Shown in pieces: positions 57,797 to 64,000 of a DNA stretch of 64,000 bases. A model generated the notes under the pieces. The model was not told the DNA's origin and did not search any database. It saw nothing but the letters and a program-made list of their open reading frames with translations. Source of the stretch: Balanoglossus misakiensis. Lineage: Eukaryota > Animalia > Hemichordata. The DNA lies in NCBI GenBank assembly GCA_040954595.2, contig CM082581.2:5572699-5636698 (forward strand). Direction: 5' to 3'. The translations under genes and the position numbers were made by a program. The first letter of the stretch is position 1; every line of letters starts with the position of its first letter.

Positions 57797-57877
57797 TGGG
57801 CCATCCCAAGCAGAAAGGGGTCTTATGGTCATAAGTATTGCACTCCCATAAGACTCATTTCTGCTTGGGATGGCCCA
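57797..57877. repeat. 81-nt inverted repeat/hairpin, 32-bp arms, 17-nt loop
   Basis: TGGGCCATCCCAAGCAGAAAGGGGTCTTATGG (57797-57828) pairs with CCATAAGACTCATTTCTGCTTGGGATGGCCCA (57846-57877) at 30/32 positions. Confidence 0.92.
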
Positions 57878-58250
57878 AGTATTTTAATGACGTCCGTGGG
57901 ACCCATGGAGGTTTACGCCCCTACTTGGAAGTGTCTACTTAATATGTGAATGTAACCTTTAATAATTCGATTTCTTCAAACATCGATAAATAAGTTCCAT
58001 ACTTCAAAAACATGCTTACCTCTACAGTAACAATGCCTATATACTTGTACCAATAATAAATGTAATCACATCCCTATTGAAAAATCGAACTTGTGACCAA
58101 ACTATGGGTGCATCGCTCGTCTGTTACGTGGAAAATAAAACTCACTTAATTTTATCTCGTAGTTTTAATGTCTGTCGCCTTTTATATCTTGTCAACCGCG
58201 TGTAAATCGAAGTGAACAGCGAACAAGACATGAAGTAAAAAAATCGCTTA

Positions 58251-58319
58251 GGCCAAAAAAAAAAAAGAGTTTTGTTTAGCGTCCAAGCAAAATCTCAAAA
58301 TTGATGCGGTGGCGCGGCT

Positions 58320-58353
<34 letters not shown>

Positions 58354-60376
58354 CTTCTGCGAAACAAGAACAGCAAATATTTCTTTAATAGTCCAAAATT
58401 AAGGGTGGATTTGGTCAAAGTAGGGGGGAATCATGATTTGCATAATTTATGTTAATTAGGTAAACATCAAGGAATGACAATTTTGAACGTTAACTTACTA
58501 ACTGCCTTCATTCCATATTAAAAACTGCATGTGAACTTGACAACATATTAACAGTTACAGTTTTTTCTACTTTAAATTAGTAGATTTTGCAGAGGAAGCC
58601 ACCAGCTTGCATAACTTTCAGGGCATGTAATTTAAAAAATGCTGGAGAGCTGAAAATAACTCTCCTGAAATTAATTACACATACAAGTGGTAGGAGAGTG
58701 ACTGATTAACTGCTCCCCTGGCAAGTAGAGTGAAATGAATAAAATAAATGCAACTGCAAAAACAATAGTGTATTTCTTTAATACTATACCTGAGAAAAAA
58801 ATTTCTTGTTTGATTTTAAAAGTTTCAGTTTAGCTGCCAAAATATTAGATTGTGAAACCATTAATAGTTTAATAAATTGAAGTGGTATATTTTCCTTCAG
58901 ATTTCTGCCTACACTTCCCCATCTGTGGCTAGGCACACTACTCAAATAAACAGTCTCTGTACATATTGAATGACTTTCCTTCCTAAGTAAGAAAACAAGG
59001 TCATGGAAAACTGATACATTCTTGATAATCGTCATGGCAGGAACGCAGTTTCTTTAATTTGCATAAAATTGTTACGTTCTGCCAACCCAATTTCAAAAGT
59101 CGCCATAACAACAAGTTCACTTGAGTGCAGAGTGTGTGCTCTAAATTTAGACGGTATCCAGATAGGCTGTTCCAACAATTGCACACTATAGCCCTGGAGC
59201 TAATAACACGTAATTGAATGTGAAAGTCATCTACAACATAGTTTCGGGGGGTGGGAAGTTAAAATGTATAGGCCAGCACGCAGTAATATCGGCCGTTTTC
59301 CCAGTGTTTTGACTGACGGTGCCTGCTATTAAGGCTTGGACGCGCATGTACTGGCTGGGTGGGCTGTTCACGAAGGGGCAATTGTCGCCCCCTGAACTTG
59401 TTACAAGGGGCGATTCAAGTGTAAGGCTGCATTCACAAACACCTCTGGAGGGGGGGGCGGGAGAATTCAATTTTTTTTACCGTTAATTTTCACATGCCCC
59501 CCTTCCGAACTGCCAATATTTTCAAATCCCCCCCTTCCGAACTGCCAAAATTTTGAAATCCCCCCCCCATTGTCTTTCACAGAGCAAAACACATCACCTA
59601 TCTATCTTGTAAAAAGAAAAACAGCGCTCCCATGAAAAGAATTTGAAACTGATGTTTCCCCTCATCAGTGGGTATTAAAACTGAACATTGTTTTTATTTT
59701 TTAAGTACATATATTTGTATTCTGTGTTTGGAGACTTTGTAAACCGAGACTTGAAGGGGGTGGGTTTGGGAGGGGGTGTCCCCCTCCCACGTAAGAAAAT
59801 TTTCTAAAATACAGAGCTCAAAGCTGCATTTTAATGAACCCGGCAAAAGCAAATTAACTCAACTACAGGTATGTTGGGGAGGACAAATTTAACCGTCGGC
59901 GCTCAAAGTTATCATGGGGTCCGGCAAGCCCCCTGACCTGGGACACTAGATAAACCAGTCAATGATTGAAAGGTGTTGATGAATGGAGGGGGTGGGTGTG
60001 GGAGGGGGTGTCCCCCTCCCACATGAGAAAATTTTGTAAAATAAAGGGCGCGAAACTGCATTTTTGTGGACTCAAAATAAATATTTAGTCGTTAAAGTTT
60101 TCAAGTCCCCCCCTTTCAGTCCCTAAATTATTTCAAATCCCCCCCTCACATACCCTCAATTTTTTCAAATCCCCCCCCCTCAATTCTCCTGCCCCCCCCT
60201 CCAGAGGTGTTTGTGAATGCAGCCTAAAAGAGGGGGAATCGCGCGATCGCGCGTCCTGGAGAAAACACTGGTCACTTGATTTCCGGGTTCAAAAATTACG
60301 GAAAAAAAGCCTCGACGCGCATGTTTAAAAGTGACGCGCGCGAGGACGCTAAACAAAACTCTTTTTTTTTTTGGCC
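58251..60376. mobile_element. Non-autonomous DNA transposon, 2126 bp including nested insert, TTA TSD (Zator- or PIF/Harbinger-like)
   Basis: TTA|GGCC(A)12GAGTTTTGTTTAGCGTCC (58251-58284) and GGACGCTAAACAAAACTC(T)11GGCC|TTA (60344-60376). 3-bp TWA TSD and GG termini. No transposase ORF recognised. Confidence 0.9.
59425..60224. mobile_element. Nested MITE, 800 bp, TAA TSD, 43-bp TIRs (Zator- or PIF/Harbinger-like)
   Basis: TAA|GGCTGCATTCACAAACACCTCTGGA(G)8CGGGAGAATT ... AATTCTCCTG(C)8TCCAGAGGTGTTTGTGAATGCAGCC|TAA (42/43). Subterminal TTTCAAATCCCCCCC repeats and two internal TGGGAGGGGG-TGT-CCCCCTCCCA hairpins (about 59767 and 59999). Confidence 0.92.
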
Positions 60377-60434
60377 TTAGCTTGGTTTACCTCTGAACTC
60401 TACATGACCCTTGTACATGTATATACATTGAAAG

Positions 60435-60551
60435 TGCGCATGTCCGTTAGACTGCCAGGGGTGTTGACGTGGTGGAGATTTTGTTGGGTCTGTACCCCGG
60501 GAGCCTGCAGCTGCAGCGGCCGTGTAAACCCAATTGCGCCGGATCACCGAG
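60435..60551 (+). other. Putative core promoter and non-coding first exon of gene B (5' limit approximate)
   Basis: NRF1-like TGCGCATG at 60435, consensus donor GAG|GTGAGT at 60552, and strong acceptor TTTTCTTTTCCTTATAG ending 60926. The layout mirrors gene A. Confidence 0.45.
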
Positions 60552-60623
60552 GTGAGTGGCGCATTGTCAGCCCGACACTTGCCATTATCCATTGTCATTT
60601 AGACTGACTTACCGACCTTGTTA

Positions 60624-60635
60624 GAAAATGAAAGT
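60624..60635 (+). promoter_or_regulatory. IRF-element-like motif near gene B 5' end
   Basis: GAAAATGAAAGT; motif match only. Confidence 0.3.
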
Positions 60636-60790
60636 AACCATCAAACATTTTATTTTATCGTCGAAACGTATATGAACAAGTTTACTATATTTACAGTAAA
60701 ACGTTGCTAATTTTGCGTGTTTAACTTACACACAGTACCAATTGAATTTTTTCTGTGTGCATATTTAGTAAAATAGTCTTCTTTCATTTT

Positions 60791-60802
60791 AGTTTCGCTT
60801 TC
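60791..60802 (+). promoter_or_regulatory. ISRE consensus near gene B 5' end
   Basis: AGTTTCGCTTTC matches AGTTTCNNTTTC, about 230 nt before the ATG, with an extra CTTTCA half-site at 60781. Confidence 0.45.
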
Positions 60803-61031
60803 ATTCGCTTACTAAGAAATTTCGTCAGTCTCATGACGCAGTGTGATTCACGTATTATGCGCCATATGCTAGGTGTTTCTCTTGAAAATGCGCCAGTTCT
60901 ATCAATCAATTTTCTTTTCCTTATAGACGTTTGCGTTTGCACGTACATGTACGGTGCAACCACAGTGTAAACCGCGTCTCGATCTACAGTCGTTCGTCCA
61001 GTTAGTAGATTAACCGAGATAAAAAACAAAC

Positions 61032-62147
61032 ATGGCGGAAGGCGGCGGGCAATCGACTCGTTCAGAAGAAAAATTAGTGAGCGAGATAGACGATAAAGTT
61101 CTTCTTTGTCCCATATGTATGGACCGGTTCACCTCACCGAAAATCTTGCCTTGTTTTCATACCTTTTGCGAGCACTGTTTGACCGACTGGGTTCAAAAAA
61201 ACAAAGGACTACTCCAATGTCCCACCTGCAAACAATCGTGGCCTTTGCCCTCGGCCGGGGTTCCTAAACTCGACAACAACTTCTTCTTGAACGATTTAAT
61301 CGAGGTTATCACCAACTCCAGCGTAGATTCTAAACAGCCAAAATGTGAAATCTGCGACAAGGAGGCGAAAATCTGGTGCAAAGATTGCGGCCAGTATTTC
61401 TGCGCGGACGAGTGCATTCGGGCCCACAAAGTGGTGCGCTCGCTGAAAGATCACCAACTCATGACTATCGAGGAGTACAATAAGGAAATAAATTCGCCAA
61501 ATTTCCGGGTGATTCAACCGCGGTTCTGTGACATCCACCCCAGCAGCCCGTTAGAATTCTACTGCGAGTCTTGTCAAGTGCCGACTTGTCTGAAGTGTAC
61601 CGTGGTCGAGCACGCACCACCCGACCACAAGTTTATCACCATGGAGAAGGCGTTGGAAAAATACACTCCCAAACTGAAAACATACCTGGACTCCGTCGTA
61701 GACAAAATAGGTCATATGAGACAGTCCATTGATAAGACAAAGGGAATATTAAAAGATTTAGAACAAAATAAAACCACCTCCGAAAAAGAGATAAATTCCG
61801 CGACAAAAAAGGTTCAAGATGAAGTGGAGGGGGAGAGGCAAAGGCTATTGGGCGATTTGCAGGATAGTTACAAACCAAAACGAGCATTGATTGACGAAAA
61901 GATCGAATCGATAGAGTTTAAACTCGGCTGTACAGAAAGCGTGCAGTCGTACCTGAGTAATATTCTCAGGTATGGCGGACCTGTTGATATCATGTCGGCA
62001 AAGAAGGAAATTGACCGCCACAACGAGGAGAAGGCTAAAGAAAAAGAGCCGAAAGTCAAACTGACCAGCGCCATCGCCTTCGAAGAAAACGTTGATCGTG
62101 TACCTATACATCTTGGATGTCTCAAGTGTGAAGTCAAACCTACAAAA
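61032..62147 (+). CDS. Gene B coding exon 1: TRIM RBCC module, paralog of gene A exon 1
   Basis: RING CPIC..CFHTFCEHC..CPTC, two B-boxes and coiled coil. Shares ECIRAHxVVRSLKDH, IQPRFC and GGPVDIMSAKKE with gene A. Donor AAA|GTGAGT at 62148. Confidence 0.95.
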
Positions 62148-63911
62148 GTGAGTAGTCGCTTTTTGACGCTACTAGTCGTTAACCATTAATTAAATTAATG
62201 TAATGATTATTTATGTGTTGTCACCATAGCAGATTGTTGGGCATGCGTAATAACATCCAGTGTCGACGTCCCTTCCAAGTTCCCAAATTACTTTTTTTTT
62301 TCTATTTATCACTTTTTTGTTTCTGATCGGTCCAATCAATTAGCAGGTTTCCAAATTAAGAACACCTGGGCTTGACGAAAAGGGCAAAATGCGAAGGGGG
62401 TCTCGAGATGACCGCGATGTTTCGGCTGCAGTGTCTCAGGTATGTGTCCACCCACCAGTGACGTGCGTATAGTCTGTTTATCGTCTACTATTAGGTATTC
62501 AGACCTGCCAGATAATAGGCGCAGTGGCCAGGTCGTTGCCAAATGTTCAAAGTACAAGTGTCGTATTGTGTACACGGCCGCAATAAATGTGCCTCGTTGT
62601 TGATGCCTGCAGACGAATCACGGACTTTAAACCGGACAATGACAAATTTTCATATGATATGTGATGAGGTCAGGTGAGTTGAGGTGAGATGAGATCAGAC
62701 GAGACGAGACTCGGTGAGGTTAGATGAGATTAGACGAGACGAGACGAGACAAGACGAGATGAGATGAGACAAGATGAGAAGTCATCTTTGTGGGGTAACA
62801 TTTACTCACAACATGACCCATCAACTCAACTATTGTATGTATGTAACTATGGTTTTGTGTTTTGCTATTCAGTCTATTTATACTCAAGTGGTGGCGACGG
62901 TCGACCTGAAAGGATTGCACATCCCTGGGAATGAACCCAAGACGGCGATAGAGGGCGCTGCCAGAGATACCGGGCTGAGCCAACACTACAAAGGAGACGG
63001 CAACACCGTCTTTTTGCAAGGAAGTTTGGAGCAAGTAACGCAGCTGAATGCCAAAATATACCGCCTGCAAAAACCTGGAAACAAGGACAACGTCCAAAGT
63101 AATTTACCAGTACATTTACACCGACAAGCTACATGTATAATGTTACCGCAGTTTACTAGTATATTGTAAAAGGGTCATTTTAGCTATCATGTTATTTTAG
63201 CTTATGTCGCTAAGATGCTGGTATTGTTAAACTTTTCTCTATATTTACAACAGTTAATGTGTCTTTAAGGCTGAATTTAAAAAAAACAGCTGCTTGTCCT
63301 TTCTCAAACTTCGCTACAACGCATGCAGCTATAAATTGAGGTGTTTTACAGTACATTCGACCTGTTTTTTAAGAACCCTATTCTTCCCCCATTGCCTAGG
63401 TAATGAAGCAGGTGACAGATCCAGAGCTGTCTCCGCCACTGCAGGGACAGCCACCACTTCTCAATCGCCCAAAGTAGCGGGCAATACACTAAGAGCTCCC
63501 AAGGTCAAGTCGACTGACGAAGAGGGCAGAAGAACGCCGCCCTTTCAGCGATACAAGTCTCTCCCAGACGGCGGTGGCTCAGCCGCGAAACGGGCTGAAG
63601 CGCCAAGATTACCGCCGTCCCGCTCGCTGGGGAACCTCTCTGACAGTGGCAAGAGATGCTACATATGTTTGAGCGACATCAGAAACCCCAGAGAGCTACC
63701 GTGCAAGCACTCGTTCTGCAAGGAATGCGTCGACAAATCAGAAAAGACGCGAGGTCCGCGCTGCCCAGTGTGCAAAAAAGAGTACGGGTTGCTGACCGGC
63801 TTCATGCCGAAGGGCACCATGCAAGACGTGGTCCAAAAAGCAAACCTGCCCGGCTACCCGTCATGTGATACCATCGTCATAACCTACGACTTCCAAGCTG
63901 GCACACAGGGG
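61032..63911 (+). CDS. Gene B (3'-partial): TRIM(RBCC)-KH-like-RING-Deltex fusion E3 ligase; join(61032..62147,62873..63098,63400..63911,...)
   Basis: Exons of 1116, 226 and 512 nt with GT-AG introns in phases 0 and 1 give 618 codons without a stop. The last visible exon ends GTQG|GTACGT, the same intron position as in gene A. The remaining DTC exons should lie beyond 64000. Confidence 0.87.
62663..62778. repeat. Degenerate pentanucleotide microsatellite (GAGAT/GAGAC/GAGGT)n in gene B intron
   Basis: Read directly. Confidence 0.9.
62873..63098 (+). CDS. Gene B coding exon 2: putative KH-like domain
   Basis: Acceptor TTTTGCTATTCAG; SIYTQVVATVDLKGLHIPGNEPKTAIEGAARDTGLSQHYKGDGNTVFLQGSLEQVTQLNAKIYRL...; donor A|GTAATT at 63099. 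This exon is needed to bridge the phase-0 donor of exon 1 to the phase-1 acceptor of exon 3. Confidence 0.8.
63400..63911 (+). CDS. Gene B coding exon 3: disordered linker, Deltex-type RING and start of DTC
   Basis: Acceptor TTCTTCCCCCATTGCCTAG ends 63399; CYICLSDIRNPRELPCKHSFCKECVDKSEKTRGPRCPVCK...GFMPKGTM...LPGYPSCDTIVITYDFQAGTQG; donor at 63912. Confidence 0.92.
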
Positions 63912-64000
63912 GTACGTTTCAAACTTTTCAGTCACAGACACGGTCGTGAAATATTAAATTCTTTACCCCTGAAGTAATGCCATATTGCTTCGATCGAACA

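Noticed and set aside
61193-62137. Several minus-strand ORFs overlapping gene B exon 1
   Set aside because: Antisense shadows of a real coding exon, with no independent motifs.
63912-63977. C-terminal tail VRFKLFSHRHGREILNSLPLK* of the 227-aa ORF
   Set aside because: Intron read-through past the conserved GTQG| donor; gene B is cut by the window edge rather than ending here.

Overview
Eukaryotic, AT-rich genomic DNA with GT-AG introns, microsatellites and non-autonomous DNA transposons. A marine invertebrate deuterostome such as a hemichordate, echinoderm or amphioxus is my inference from gene content and repeat style. The first ~48 kb has no recognisable coding sequence, only simple repeats, a TTAA-flanked MITE and hairpins. 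The last ~15 kb holds two broken tandem copies of a protein kinase region (49.0-51.2 kb) and two tandem paralogous genes on the + strand. The ORF track splits these genes apart. Manual splicing shows that each joins a complete TRIM/RBCC module (RING, B-box1, B-box2, coiled coil) in frame to a DTX3L-like Deltex module (second RING plus Deltex C-terminal domain). Gene A is complete (4 coding exons, 587 aa). Gene B has an extra KH-like exon and runs off the right edge. Both have IRF/ISRE-like motifs near their 5' ends, and a nested pair of TWA-TSD transposons separates them. The TRIM-Deltex double-RING fusion family is the main candidate novel system. All splicing, counts and alignments were done by hand, without database searches.
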